A stretch of 64,000 nucleotides of DNA, taken from an uncultured delta proteobacterium. GTDB lineage: Bacteria; Desulfobacterota; Desulfobacteria; Desulfobacterales; JAHEIW01. Positions 1 to 9,575 of the stretch are shown here, piece by piece (the stretch's first letter is position 1; each line of letters starts with the position of its first letter). The stretch is taken from contig CAVPNL010000004.1 of the NCBI GenBank assembly GCA_963706575.1, positions 288,001 through 352,000 of the forward strand, written 5' to 3'. Both the position numbers and the translations under genes were made by a program. The notes under the pieces are model-generated. The model saw only the letters and a list, made by a program, of their open reading frames with translations, had not been told where the DNA came from and made no database searches.

Positions 1-125
1 TCTTCGCGCTCTGACTGGCAGGTCACGATTAAATTTTGCGTATGTAAGATATATGAAATTCTGGATGGTAAATTTTAAATTACACATGATTATTTCGTAC
101 CAACTTGATCTCCAACTTTATGAGT

Positions 126-159
126 AAAAGCCGGTGGAGCTTTTCAGCTCCATCCGGCT
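126..159 (-). terminator. Intrinsic terminator downstream of the collagen-like gene
   Basis: AGCCGGTGGAGCT-TTTC-AGCTCCATCCGGCT hairpin with a 5' A-tract (U-tract on minus strand). Confidence 0.5.
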
Positions 160-313
160 ATGAGAGTGCGTATGATCATCGGCAAAATTAGTCCAGAAAG
201 TCTATAATAAGCAACGAGGTATAAGTGCCTGAATGCGAAAGGCGAATTTTTGTATTGTTAATATTCGCAAATACACGCGCTTTTAGATTATTTAGACACA
301 AGAAATGCAGCAG

Positions 314-904
314 CTATTGAGTATCCGGTGCATAAATGCACATGACATTGAGTACAACACGGGCAAAAATATGATTATTGTTTGGGTGCTGAATGAACTG
401 CCAACCGATAGGAAGTTCTCCTGGTTGGCAAGTCATACCTTCGAGTCCTGGAACTCTGTCATCCTCGTCATAGTATTTGCACACCGGACGCAGGACATCA
501 TTGTATCCAGTACCCTGAAACCGAACCTCCCCTCCGGGCATAGCCAAGTACGTATATGCGTTGCCGCTGATAGCGACATCATCAGGAATGTTGTCGCAGT
601 AAACGATAATCGGATCAGGTGTAAAGCTCGGATCAGGTGTAAAGTAGGGACTAACCTCAATAACTTTCATATATTTTTCTAAAATACCAGCCGATCCTTG
701 TGGTCCTGCTAGTCCCTGCGGTCCTGCTGGTCCCGGAGGCCCCTGTGGTCCTGGAGTCGATTTATTATTATCAAACTGTTTGATCAGACTAAATAAAAAT
801 GCAAACGGCTTTCCGGGTACATGGTCCTTTTTAGCAAGAGCAACCTGTGGAAATCCTATGAAAAATACACCTATCAATACGATCATGATCTTGATAAATT
901 TCAT
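314..904 (-). CDS. Secreted protein with a short collagen triple-helix (Gly-X-Y) repeat
   Basis: AGGAGG RBS before ATG at 904; signal peptide MKFIKIMIVLIGVFFIGFPQVALA; GPQGPPGPAGPQGLAGPQGSAG repeat. Confidence 0.8.
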   Translation of the reverse strand: MKFIKIMIVLIGVFFIGFPQVALAKKDHVPGKPFAFLFSLIKQFDNNKSTPGPQGPPGPAGPQGLAGPQGSAGILEKYMKVIEVSPYFTPDPSFTPDPIIVYCDNIPDDVAISGNAYTYLAMPGGEVRFQGTGYNDVLRPVCKYYDEDDRVPGLEGMTCQPGELPIGWQFIQHPNNNHIFARVVLNVMCIYAPDTQ

Positions 905-986
905 AGTTAACCTCCTATCAATTGAATATGAATCAAGAACACATAAGCCCACCTTCTCCCATTATTAAGGCGTTACTTCCCCATAA

Positions 987-1029
987 CAAAAAAAGCCGCG
1001 CCACCCTGTTTTCCAAGGTAACCCGGCTT
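987..1029 (-). terminator. Terminator in the riboswitch expression platform
   Basis: minus strand AAGCCGGGTTACCTTG-GAAAA-CAGGGTGGCGCGGCTT followed by a T-run. Confidence 0.6.
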
Positions 1030-1039
1030 CCTATCCGAC

Positions 1040-1116
1040 ATCTAGGCAACCCGGCTATCTCTTTGAGACCCGTGGCTTTCCGTCCCCTTCTCACAAAGGG
1101 TTTGGCTTTGTCATGG
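1040..1116 (-). ncRNA. c-di-GMP-I (GEMM-I) riboswitch upstream of the collagen-like gene
   Basis: minus strand CAAAGCCAAACCCTTTGTGAGAAGGGGACGGAAAGCCACGGGTCTCAAAGAGATAGCCGGGTTGCC follows the GEMM-I pattern (AAACC...GGGACGGAAAGCC...AGCCGGGTTGCC). Confidence 0.9.
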
Positions 1117-1252
1117 AATTAATTGTTTTTTTAACGATAAAAATTAATTTGCAAATATGCGTACTTTATATGTATCGGCATTTCTAAAATTAACTTTAGA
1201 AAAATTTTTACAATTCAAACTTCTTCCAAAGATCGAATATCAGCCAATTCCA

Positions 1253-1295
1253 GATATGAGAGTATCACCAAAACGGGGAACTTGTGATATCATCC
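1253..1295 (+). repeat. GATA/TATC boundary repeat (site 1 plus arm)
   Basis: GAGAGTATCACCAAAACGGGGAACTTGTGATATCATCC, nearly identical to 17918-17955. Confidence 0.75.
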
Positions 1296-1395
1296 CTATT
1301 CTTGATGATATCATAACAATTTTTGAGCTTTATAATTCAGCACAATGATCACGAATGAGAGACTATTGGTTTGAAATGTGTGAGGTTATATTCTG

Positions 1396-1626
1396 TCACT
1401 CAACAATCTCGAGTATGTACCTTTTACGTTTCTTTCCAGCAGCTGCACTTAAAATTGTCCGAATTGCTTGGGCTGTTCTGCCCCGTTTGCCAATGATCTT
1501 TCCCATATCCGGCTTTGCTACCCTTACTTCCAACACCGTGGTGTGGCTACTTCCAATTTCATTGACAGAAACCTCTTCCGGCTGATCAACAAGTGCTTTT
1601 ACAATTTTAGTGATCAGATCCTTCAT
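1396..1626 (-). CDS. khpA: KH-domain RNA-binding protein (UPF0109)
   Basis: 76 aa; IVKALVDQPEEV...DMGKIIGKRGRTAQAIRTIL with KH GxxG loop. Confidence 0.9.
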   Translation of the reverse strand: MKDLITKIVKALVDQPEEVSVNEIGSSHTTVLEVRVAKPDMGKIIGKRGRTAQAIRTILSAAAGKKRKRYILEIVE

Positions 1627-1762
1627 AGCCCAGCCTCCCCATCTGTTATCCGGTATTTATTCAGAATCAAACTATATCGATCCTACCTCTATATGCAATA
1701 TAAAATTACTAAGCACTGCATTAGAGGGGGGCTGGATTCCGACAGGATATAGGCTTATAAAA

Positions 1763-1790
1763 TGAAAGGGGTGACTCCGAAGAGTCACCC
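1763..1790 (-). terminator. Hairpin/terminator upstream of khpA
   Basis: GGGTGACTC-CGAA-GAGTCACCC (UUCG loop on minus strand) followed by T-rich sequence. Confidence 0.6.
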
Positions 1791-2117
1791 TGAATGGTGC
1801 AGAACATTAGCACAACATTAATCGATCCAATTTCAAAAGCACCGATTCCATACTAAAAAAAGTATAGTTTAAATGTCAACCCCATTTTCCGAAATAATCT
1901 AAGTCCATAGGACTCACGGTAACCGTTGTGGTGCCGTATATAGCTCCCGCCTAATGCTATACACAACCTTTGACAACAACTCCGGATTTATGTATCTCTA
2001 CTTAGCGAATTCGACCTCACAAACATTGTTAACCCAAATAGTTTATCAGATATCGGAACATGTATAGAATGCAGTTGTTTAATAGGATATTGTTTACGTG
2101 AAAATATTAGGTGGCTC

Positions 2118-2717
2118 TTGAAAACCAGTAATGGAAAAACAAGCGTACCGATTGTTGGTGAAAACGTACCCAAAAAGAAAACTTATTTTTTGCCGTGGAT
2201 AGGTAAATTTATATTTGCAATATTCGGATGGAGTTTCAAAAATGAATTTCCCAATATTCCCAAGTTTGTGATTATTATTGGGCCGCATACATCCAATTGG
2301 GATTTTGTTTTTGGGATAGCAGCTATGTTTATATTAGGCGCCAAAATTTCATGGATGGGGAAGCAACCACTCTTTCGAAAACCGTTTGGTGGTATTTTTC
2401 GATGGCTTGGTGGAATACCCATAGATCGAAGTTCATCTCATGGTGTAGTTGATACGATGATCAACCAATACAAAAGTATGGACGAATTCATTCTCGCCAT
2501 AGCACCTGAAGGAACACGAAAAAAAGTGGAGAAGTGGAAATCCGGCTTTTATCGTATTGCTACAGGTGCTGATGTTCCGATATTGATGGCGTGTTTTGAT
2601 TATAAGAATAAGATTATCAGCTTTGGTCCATTAATATATCCTTCAGGGAATTTAAATGCTGATATAGAAGATATGCAGTTATTTTTTGAAAATATAAGGG
2701 GGAAGAAATCTCAATAG
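2118..2717 (+). CDS. 1-acyl-sn-glycerol-3-phosphate acyltransferase-family protein
   Basis: PHTSNWD (HxxxxD), GGIPIDR and APEGTR motifs; TTG start. Confidence 0.9.
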   Translation: MKTSNGKTSVPIVGENVPKKKTYFLPWIGKFIFAIFGWSFKNEFPNIPKFVIIIGPHTSNWDFVFGIAAMFILGAKISWMGKQPLFRKPFGGIFRWLGGIPIDRSSSHGVVDTMINQYKSMDEFILAIAPEGTRKKVEKWKSGFYRIATGADVPILMACFDYKNKIISFGPLIYPSGNLNADIEDMQLFFENIRGKKSQ

Positions 2718-2840
2718 AATAAAATGCATAATCGTTACAGGGGACGCTTGTGACGGGTGCTGAATTCAGACCTGAAGGTTCTCTCAGCAAACCCAAGTTT
2801 CTATGATACCTTCAAAGTGACACCGAATGAAACTTTAGGC

Positions 2841-2909
2841 AATTTTACAGATATGAAACGGATATCAGAAGAATTTTCAGGCTTCGAAAAGCTGTTGTTA
2901 GTTGGTATC
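2841..2909 (+). repeat. GATA/TATC boundary repeat (site 2 plus degenerate site 3)
   Basis: AATTTTACAGATA-TGAAACGGA-TATCAGAAGAATTTTCAG...TTCGAAAA...GTTGGTATC. Confidence 0.6.
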
Positions 2910-2996
2910 TTAAAATCTAACGAAAAACTCAGCTTCGCTAATTACCGTATCAATTGCTGTGCTGGGTTAGCCCTTGATTTAAATATGGACCCATCA

Positions 2997-4043
2997 TTAC
3001 ATGTCAATGCCATCTATAAAAACTGGAGCTTCATGGAGCTTTAAGTTATCTTTAAGCGGTTTAATGTAAAGAGAAATATTAGTAGAAATCCGAATAAATC
3101 CCTTCAAACTATTTAGCAGAGGATGGTTTCGCTCGCTTATGCAAAAAATTTGCTTTATATTCTTCTTAAAGGCGAAGTTATTAATGTATCTTATGAGAAT
3201 GGCCAGATGGGAGGGTTCTTTATATCCAATTAGAGTAAGCAGGATCTGATTCAATTGATCACCCGGTTTAAGAGCTTGCGGCAAAACTCGTGTTATAAAC
3301 AGCAAACGACCGATTATCTTCACCTTTAAATTAAGCGATTTCAAAGTGAGTTTCATGACTTGGCTCCAGTCCCAAAAACCTAAGCAGGCCAGGATCTCTC
3401 CTCTATCTTCCAAAACGAGCAAGTTTTCCATTGAGAATTTAGGGACTCGGCTAATGAATCGAGCTAAAATCTCAGCTGATGCTGGTTCATACAATTCGTG
3501 ATTCTGCCAGGTTTCGTTTAACAATTTGGCCACATTCGTCAAATCATCCGATGTAGCAGATCTAATTTTTTCTCGAGACTGTATGGCTACCTCTTTTCTG
3601 ATTACTATACCTGGCATTGCGAGCTTGCGGTGTAATTTGAAACCCAGGCTTTCAACGAGTTTAATCGAAGGCAGATTTTTTTCCATGATCAAGCCGTAAA
3701 CAAGCACTGCACCATTTTGTATTAAGTGATCCTCCATGTTTTGAAGAAGGCTTTTTGCCAGGTTCTTTTTCCGGTGGTTGGGGTGGACGAATGTCTGAAA
3801 TGAGTACCCCACTCGGCTAAGTTTGCCGCTAACAAGGGCGTTTCGCATTGCACAGGCGTGTGATGCAATGATTGTGTCTCCCTCGCACGCAGCATAAACC
3901 TTGTATGATTCATATGCTTTAGCTCTGGCAAAAAAGTCAGGTGTATTGACAACAGATACGATTAAATCGGTACCTTGTGGGCATTTGGCCTGAAGCTTTT
4001 TCAGCGCATCGTTATCATCTGGAACTGCTTCACGTATTTCCAT
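2997..4043 (-). CDS. GNAT-family N-acetyltransferase
   Basis: MEIREA start; FVHPNHRKKNLAKSL acetyl-CoA motif; NLPSIKLVESLGF. Confidence 0.85.
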   Translation of the reverse strand: MEIREAVPDDNDALKKLQAKCPQGTDLIVSVVNTPDFFARAKAYESYKVYAACEGDTIIASHACAMRNALVSGKLSRVGYSFQTFVHPNHRKKNLAKSLLQNMEDHLIQNGAVLVYGLIMEKNLPSIKLVESLGFKLHRKLAMPGIVIRKEVAIQSREKIRSATSDDLTNVAKLLNETWQNHELYEPASAEILARFISRVPKFSMENLLVLEDRGEILACLGFWDWSQVMKLTLKSLNLKVKIIGRLLFITRVLPQALKPGDQLNQILLTLIGYKEPSHLAILIRYINNFAFKKNIKQIFCISERNHPLLNSLKGFIRISTNISLYIKPLKDNLKLHEAPVFIDGIDM

Positions 4044-4133
4044 ATTTCAGCCTTTCAAAGCATTCCAAGTAATTCTCTAATCAGGTGAGCGCTTACCAAT
4101 ATCGCCACGCATCACAGAATACAGATATATTGA

Positions 4134-4241
4134 GAGACTGTCGAAAAAGTCCCAAAATGGTGATTTTAGTAATTTCGCATGCAATGAAATCAATAATTAA
4201 CAAACACCAATTTTACGGATTTTGGGTTTTTCGACAGTCTC
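4134..4241. mobile_element. 108-bp MITE with IS1182-type ends, inserted in a boundary repeat
   Basis: TIR GAGACTGTCGAAAAA...TTTTTCGACAGTCTC; TGA duplicated on both sides; same end as the IS1182 remnant at 6232-6246. Confidence 0.85.
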
Positions 4242-4249
4242 TGAGAGTA

Positions 4250-4302
4250 TCTTAATGGCTCAGCGACTTGCATACAATGTCCGCTACAATCGCTTGTTAA
4301 GC
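4250..4302 (-). other. Degenerate attC-like site after the racemase gene
   Basis: minus strand GCTTAAC-aagcg-ATTGTAGC-GGAC...GTCGCT-gagcc-ATTAAGA; R'' perfect, L' partly missing, R' G->A. Confidence 0.45.
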
Positions 4303-4347
4303 AATAAATCGATTTTCCTCAGCCGGGGCCGCTCGACCAAACAAGGG

Positions 4348-5436
4348 TCATGCCGAGAATCGACTCACCGCGTCTTCGTTCCATTCCACGCCTGTGCCGA
4401 TGGCGTCGTCTATGATCGCCATGCCTTTCTCAATTCGGAGCGGCTCGGCCAGGATGGGGTTCCACCAGTCAGCATACTCCAGCCAATGCGCTGTCGGCGT
4501 GCAGCACAGGAGGCGCGCACTGATCTCTGGCCAAAGATGGTTGGACACACGCATACCTTTTGCGTGTGCGAGTGTCGCGGCCCTGAGCCAACCGCTCACT
4601 CCGCCAATCTTCATCACGTCTGGCATTAGGAAGTCCGATGCTTGGGCCTCAATAGCGTGCAGCATGTCCAACGTTCCCCACCAGTTCTCACCGCACTGGA
4701 TTGGGGTTCGCGCTTCGCGTGCTACAAGTGCATGCCCGGCATAATCGTGGGCGAGCGTCGGCTCTTCGACCCAGGTGAGGCCCTCGTCGTCGAGAACCCG
4801 CAGGCGTTCTACTGCCTCTGTCGGAGTGAGGCACTGGTTGTAGTCCACCATGATGGCCATGTCGTCGCCCGCTGCCTTACGAATGGCGCGCACAACGGCG
4901 ACATCCTCTTGCACAGTGGGGTAGCCAATCTTGGCCTTGACACCTGTGAATCCTCGCTTCGCCCAACTCTCGGCGCCCTTTTCGGAGCCTTGCACGCCGT
5001 CGTACCCGACCGCACCGTAGGCACGAACCGGCTTCTCCATCCCCCCGAGCAAGCGCACGAGTGGCATGCTGTGAACGCGAGCCAGCGCATCCCAAAGTGC
5101 CATGTCAATCGCAGCGAGCGCAATACCGACTAGACCTTGCGGCCCTAACAATCGGAATCGTTTGGCGAGTTTTTGCTCGACTTCGGCTGGAGCCAGGACG
5201 TCACCCTGCACCAGGGCCTCGAAATTCTGAATCAGCTCAGCTGTCGGCTTGAGCGCGGCCGGCGTGTAAGTGAACACGATGCTGTGCCCGCTGATTCCGG
5301 TGTCGGTTAAAATATCCGTCAAGACCAGAGGCGACTCGGTAATCACGCCGCTCGCGGTCTGATGCGGTTCTGTCATCGGCACCCGAACAGCCCTCACTCT
5401 GAAGCCTTTAATTGTCGGCGATGAATCTTTTTGCAT
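4348..5436 (-). CDS. Mandelate racemase/muconate-lactonizing enzyme family protein
   Basis: KAKIG (KxK), MVDYNQ, WVEEP, GENWW, MPDVMKIGG, SNHL; much GC-richer than its flanks. Confidence 0.9.
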   Translation of the reverse strand: MQKDSSPTIKGFRVRAVRVPMTEPHQTASGVITESPLVLTDILTDTGISGHSIVFTYTPAALKPTAELIQNFEALVQGDVLAPAEVEQKLAKRFRLLGPQGLVGIALAAIDMALWDALARVHSMPLVRLLGGMEKPVRAYGAVGYDGVQGSEKGAESWAKRGFTGVKAKIGYPTVQEDVAVVRAIRKAAGDDMAIMVDYNQCLTPTEAVERLRVLDDEGLTWVEEPTLAHDYAGHALVAREARTPIQCGENWWGTLDMLHAIEAQASDFLMPDVMKIGGVSGWLRAATLAHAKGMRVSNHLWPEISARLLCCTPTAHWLEYADWWNPILAEPLRIEKGMAIIDDAIGTGVEWNEDAVSRFSA

Positions 5437-5611
5437 ATCCTCCTCCGATCAGTTTGTTCAACATTAATATTGAGTAGACGTCTTGTTTTTGTATTATTTA
5501 AGGCATCTTAGTAGGCGGCAATATAATATTCCTATATGGAATAAAATGCAGATTTATATTCAGGCGAGAATTTTGATGCCATATTCTTGAAACAGTTTAA
5601 TCGATATTACA

Positions 5612-5692
5612 GATTTATTGAGAATACCTGAAAAATACCTAAACTACAGATATGCCAGAATATCACAACATTTTTAAGACTTCAAAAACCTT
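5612..5692 (+). repeat. GATA/TATC boundary repeat (sites 1 and 2; site 3 split by IS1182, remainder at 6247-6256)
   Basis: ATTGAGAATACCTGAAAAATACC...CAGATATGCCAGAATATCACAAC...AAAAACCTT, closely matching 16096-16180. Confidence 0.85.
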
Positions 5693-6246
5693 CTTGAAAA
5701 CTGATCTTTCATCGAAGATACAAAAGTTGCAATGGTACTGTGATCGGGCCGCTGGTTGCCAGACAGCGCCATAAAGGTCACGTTCTCACAGCAGGCCCTT
5801 TCAATTTGCCGCGAGGATATCAGCCCCCGCGCGTAAGCCAACAATACCACTTTTAACAAAATCTTAGGATCATAGGCACTGCGGCCTGTCTCGTCATTTT
5901 TGTAGTTGCCCTCAAATACCGACATGTCCATGCGCGTCTCAATGAGCATATGGATGGCAAACTCCAAACTGCCGGGCACCAGTTGCTCCTCTAATGAAAC
6001 CGGGATTAAAACCTTTTGGGAATAATCATAACGCTTAAATTTGGCCATTAATTTGTCCACTCCATATTTGCCTGGTTGTTGTATCAGAAACTAATCTATA
6101 CCTAGCAATAGGACTAGACATTGTCAAACGAAAAAATACAAGGATAGCCGATATTTGCGGGATATTGTTTGGAGCTTTGAGTGGGATAAAAAATTATAGA
6201 TCTTATAGAAAAACCACCTTCAATTGATACCTTTTTCGACAGTCTC
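5693..6246 (-). mobile_element. Truncated IS1182-family element (left end plus 5' part of transposase)
   Basis: ORF 5674-6060 MAKFKRYDYSQ...GRSAYDPKILLK...SSRQIE...PDHSTIATF is IS1182/DUF772-like; terminus GAGACTGTCGAAAAAG at 6246. Confidence 0.85.
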
Positions 6247-6390
6247 TGGAGATATCAAAGGTTTTAAAACCGTAATGAAACCCGTGTTACATAGAAGCAG
6301 TTAGCAACGACTTATATCTTACCAATGATTTGATTATATTGATTATTTCAGGCTCGTATGAGTTAACAAATCGGCTTGTTTGGGCATCTT

Positions 6391-7452
6391 CTAAATATCC
6401 AGCAGGCTCTTTTTGATCACGACCTGTTTGAGAATTTCAATGCTGTCGAGAGCTTTACCAGCACCTATAGCTATTGTTGATAATGGATCTTCGGTTATTG
6501 TTATCGGAAGGCCGACTTCCTCTCTGAGAAGTTTGTCCATATTTTTTAAAAGAGCACCACCGCCGGTTAATACAATTCCCCTTTCAGCGATGTCTGCAGC
6601 CAACTCCGGCGGAGTTTGTTCCAAAACCGTTTTCACCGTCTGCACAATGGCATCTATCTGCTCGGAAATTGCTATCCGTATCTCTTCTGAATCAATGGAT
6701 AAAACGTTGGGAATTCCTTTTGTAAGGTCTCTGCCCTTAACTTTTATTGTTTCCAGATTCTGAGGGTCCGGGGATGCATTTCCGATTGTGGTTTTAATTG
6801 TCTCAGCTGTCCGCTCGCCGATCAATAGATTATACTTCCTCCTGATATACTGTATGATTGCAAAATCCATCTTATCACCGGCCACCCTGATGGATCGACT
6901 GTAAACAATTCCTGCCAGAGAAATAACAGCAACCTCTGTAGTGCCGCCGCCGATATCAATTACCATATTGCCTATGGGTTCTGTGAAAGGGAGGTCGGCC
7001 CCAATTGCGGCCGCCATCGGCTCTTCAATCAAAAATACTTCGCGAGCCCCCGCAGCTTCCCCTGCTTCCCTGACAGCGCGCTTTTCAACCTGGGTAATTC
7101 CGGATGGCACGGCGATAACAATTCTCGATCTTACAAATATCCGCCGATTATGCACCCTGCGAATAAAATACCGCAGCATAGCCTCGGTAATTTCAAAATC
7201 AGCAATAACACCGTCAGCTATCGGACGAATGGCTACTATATTTCCGGGTGTCATTCCCAGCATATTTTTCGCTTCAAGACCAACAGCCAAAATGCGATTT
7301 TTTGCCCTCTGGCCCGTTTGAATCGCAACAACTGATGGCTCATTCAATACGATACCCTCGCCTTTCATCCACACGAGGGAATTTGCAGTACCCAGATCAA
7401 TGGCCAGATCATTCGAAAATAAACCCATAACTGCATTAAAGATAGAATTCAT
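6391..7452 (-). CDS. mreB: Rod shape-determining protein MreB (stand-alone paralogue)
   Basis: [22 protein letters not shown] and LTGGGALL motifs. Confidence 0.93.
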   Translation of the reverse strand: MNSIFNAVMGLFSNDLAIDLGTANSLVWMKGEGIVLNEPSVVAIQTGQRAKNRILAVGLEAKNMLGMTPGNIVAIRPIADGVIADFEITEAMLRYFIRRVHNRRIFVRSRIVIAVPSGITQVEKRAVREAGEAAGAREVFLIEEPMAAAIGADLPFTEPIGNMVIDIGGGTTEVAVISLAGIVYSRSIRVAGDKMDFAIIQYIRRKYNLLIGERTAETIKTTIGNASPDPQNLETIKVKGRDLTKGIPNVLSIDSEEIRIAISEQIDAIVQTVKTVLEQTPPELAADIAERGIVLTGGGALLKNMDKLLREEVGLPITITEDPLSTIAIGAGKALDSIEILKQVVIKKSLLDI

Positions 7453-7492
7453 ATATTCTCATTGCACTTCGAAAGATAAAGATTTGAGCGTA

Positions 7493-7700
7493 TACCAGTT
7501 ACGTGACCGGCAAACCGGTTATGGCGAGAGGGGCCAATTTAATAGCGAAAATTCCTTTTATTGGGATTTAGACAATAAAATCATAGGACCCTATATTTCT
7601 TAAAACGCCTGTTTTACCCCTACAATGGTATCTTTAAGCCTAAATAACGGGCCTTTTTTTATCTCTTTTTGCAAAATATTAAATACTTACTGCGGCCCCC
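7493..7700 (+). mobile_element. Remnant (3' end and right end) of the Y1-transposase element
   Basis: Near-identical to 27462-27660 (YQLRDRQTGYGERGQFNSENSFYWDLD...GCGGCCCC). Confidence 0.85.
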
Positions 7701-7727
7701 TTTTACCCCCTTTTAATTCATTACTAT

Positions 7728-8165
7728 TTAACCGGCCGAACTAATATCTCCAGTGATTTCATTAGCGTAAGTACTAATTCTGTTGATTATATCAGTAACG
7801 TCTTGGTCGTTAATTCCGCGATCTCGAAGTGTATCAAGGAGATGGTTAACGAAAAGAGTAAAGTGGTGTTTAGTTATACCTCTGCCATGGTGGACATGAC
7901 TAAGGGGTTTACCCGTATAAGTGATAGGGCCATCAAGAGCCGCAACAAAGAACTCTCGTTGCATGCTCCGTAGCTTATCAATAGAGGTATTCCTAAAAAA
8001 CGGCTTCAGTTCAGGGTCGGCCAATATACGATCATAAAAGTCATCCACAACCTCCCCGATCATTTGCTTACCGCCGATTCGTTCAAATAGCGTTGGATAG
8101 TTATTTGGCATTTTGAATCTTTCTACTTCAGAATCTTTGATTTTCTGTGTGACACTCTCGTTCAA
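7728..8165 (-). CDS. Group 1 truncated haemoglobin (start may be 8111)
   Basis: TLFERIGG, VDDFYDRILADPELKPFF, YTGKPLSHVH. Confidence 0.9.
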   Translation of the reverse strand: MNESVTQKIKDSEVERFKMPNNYPTLFERIGGKQMIGEVVDDFYDRILADPELKPFFRNTSIDKLRSMQREFFVAALDGPITYTGKPLSHVHHGRGITKHHFTLFVNHLLDTLRDRGINDQDVTDIINRISTYANEITGDISSAG

Positions 8166-8218
8166 TTATCAGCACGAATGAGGATTAGAATAAGGATTTC
8201 ATTCCTCTAAGGTAATTA

Positions 8219-8527
8219 TCAATCAGTCTGACTGGCAGTCATCGGCGCATAAATATTGTAGTGGGTTTCTTCGCCAGTTAAAGCTTCAATTTTACTCTCG
8301 ATATGGGTTCTTTCTTTATTGTGTTTCCATCTATTCCAGTCATCTACAGTTTCCCACAAACTGATTACCAAACAATCGCCGGGATGTTCTAAATCACATA
8401 AAGTCTTACCGGAAATATATCCGGGTTGGTGCAGTGCAAGTGCTCGCATCTGCAAGATTAAAGGAACCAATTTTTTTGCATGACCGCCTTGCTTTATCTT
8501 CCTTTTAATTAAGACTTCGACCGCCAT
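8219..8527 (-). CDS. Antibiotic biosynthesis monooxygenase (ABM)-family protein
   Basis: QPGYISGKTL...LVISLWETVDDWNRW; GGAGG RBS. Confidence 0.8.
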   Translation of the reverse strand: MAVEVLIKRKIKQGGHAKKLVPLILQMRALALHQPGYISGKTLCDLEHPGDCLVISLWETVDDWNRWKHNKERTHIESKIEALTGEETHYNIYAPMTASQTD

Positions 8528-8652
8528 ATTACCCTCCAAATTTTGAGTTGGGCATTTAATATTGCGAAGTGGGTTAAATGATCAGTTTTGATAATCAATA
8601 GTTCAAGATATTTACCATTGCACCAGTGTGACGTCAACTTTTGATGAGAATA

Positions 8653-9250
8653 TCACAATTTTGGCAATTTTAAAGATATCAGCGGTGCTAAACAAGATGC
8701 ACGACATTTCACAGAAGGGGCGGTTTATTATTCGTTGGACTTGACCGGCGTCACTTTGCCCACAGCATCGAGCCAGCGGATTAGTAGGGATGGTGAAGAA
8801 CGATACCAGTTATCTTTGAGGTCATGGGCTGAGGGTGGAGCAACACGACACCAGGCACCATCAGAATACCGGATTAAGGAAACGCCGTCTAAGACCATCC
8901 GAACACTGCCGTCACCATATTTAGAAACTCGTCGTGCCATTTTCACGCTCCTGTTTAGGGGGGATGATTGAGGATACATAAGGGACTTACATTTTAACTT
9001 AATCAGTTTTTTTTCAAATTACAAGGCTTGGTTGGGCGGTCGCCGGTTAATCCTTGCGGACTGGGGTTCTTTTTTTTACCTCACCCAGCCACTTGGCCCA
9101 ATATCAAATAAAAAACCCTATCAGAAGTAACTGACAGGGCGATAAGTTCTTTGACAACCTGCTGGGACTGAGTCGCTTATGGATCAGTCCCAATTCCCAT
9201 TCTTGGTTGTGATATAAAAGCAATATCACAAGAATTTCGGAGATTCAAAA
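8653..9250 (+). repeat. About 600-bp module duplicated at 63181-63778
   Basis: Colinear high similarity; both copies begin and end inside GATA/TATC sites. Confidence 0.92.
8728..8940 (-). CDS. 70-aa basic hypothetical protein (copy 1)
   Basis: AGGAG RBS and ATG; 7 of 8 differences from copy 2 are synonymous. Confidence 0.75.
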   Translation of the reverse strand: MARRVSKYGDGSVRMVLDGVSLIRYSDGAWCRVAPPSAHDLKDNWYRSSPSLLIRWLDAVGKVTPVKSNE

Positions 9251-9575
9251 CTACAGGTTGGAGTAACATGCAATTTTAGAATGTAAAGATATTTTGGTTT
9301 GCCAGATGATATCCACAACTATCAGCGTTTGTTACGTATAGATAGCAGTCTACAATTCAGCCAAAGTTTGGATTCCAACCATTAATATAAAACTTTGAAA
9401 AGATGCTTAAATAGCAGATTATTACAATTGTGATAAAAAATGAATATCGCAAGTTTTTCAGAGTTTCAAAACCTTTGATATGTTGGATATCAACGGTTTT
9501 GTAGAGCGTTTATTCATGTGATTTTTGCAGATAGTTGAAAAGGTTTTTGCCCTCTGATATGTTTACAGTATCTGT
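9207..9575 (+). repeat. Gene-free cluster of GATA-N9-TATC sites
   Basis: TTGTGATA-TAAAAGCAA-TATCACAA (9207), TTGTGATA-AAAAATGAA-TATCGCAA (9428), GATATGTTGGATATC (9477), GATA-TGTTTACAG-TATC (9556). Confidence 0.75.

Noticed and set aside
2757..2840. 95-aa ORF as an intact PAS protein
   Set aside because: Only VLNSDLKVLSANPSFYDTFKV looks PAS-like; it runs into a boundary repeat, so it is a fragment.
8735..8971. Plus-strand 78-aa ORF (also 63263-63508)
   Set aside because: Antisense shadow of the 70-aa gene: TTG start without RBS, more amino-acid changes and different stops in the two copies.
9207..9231. TGTGA...TCACA as a CRP/FNR site
   Set aside because: The spacer is 13 nt rather than 6, and the sites lie at gene 3' ends and junctions.
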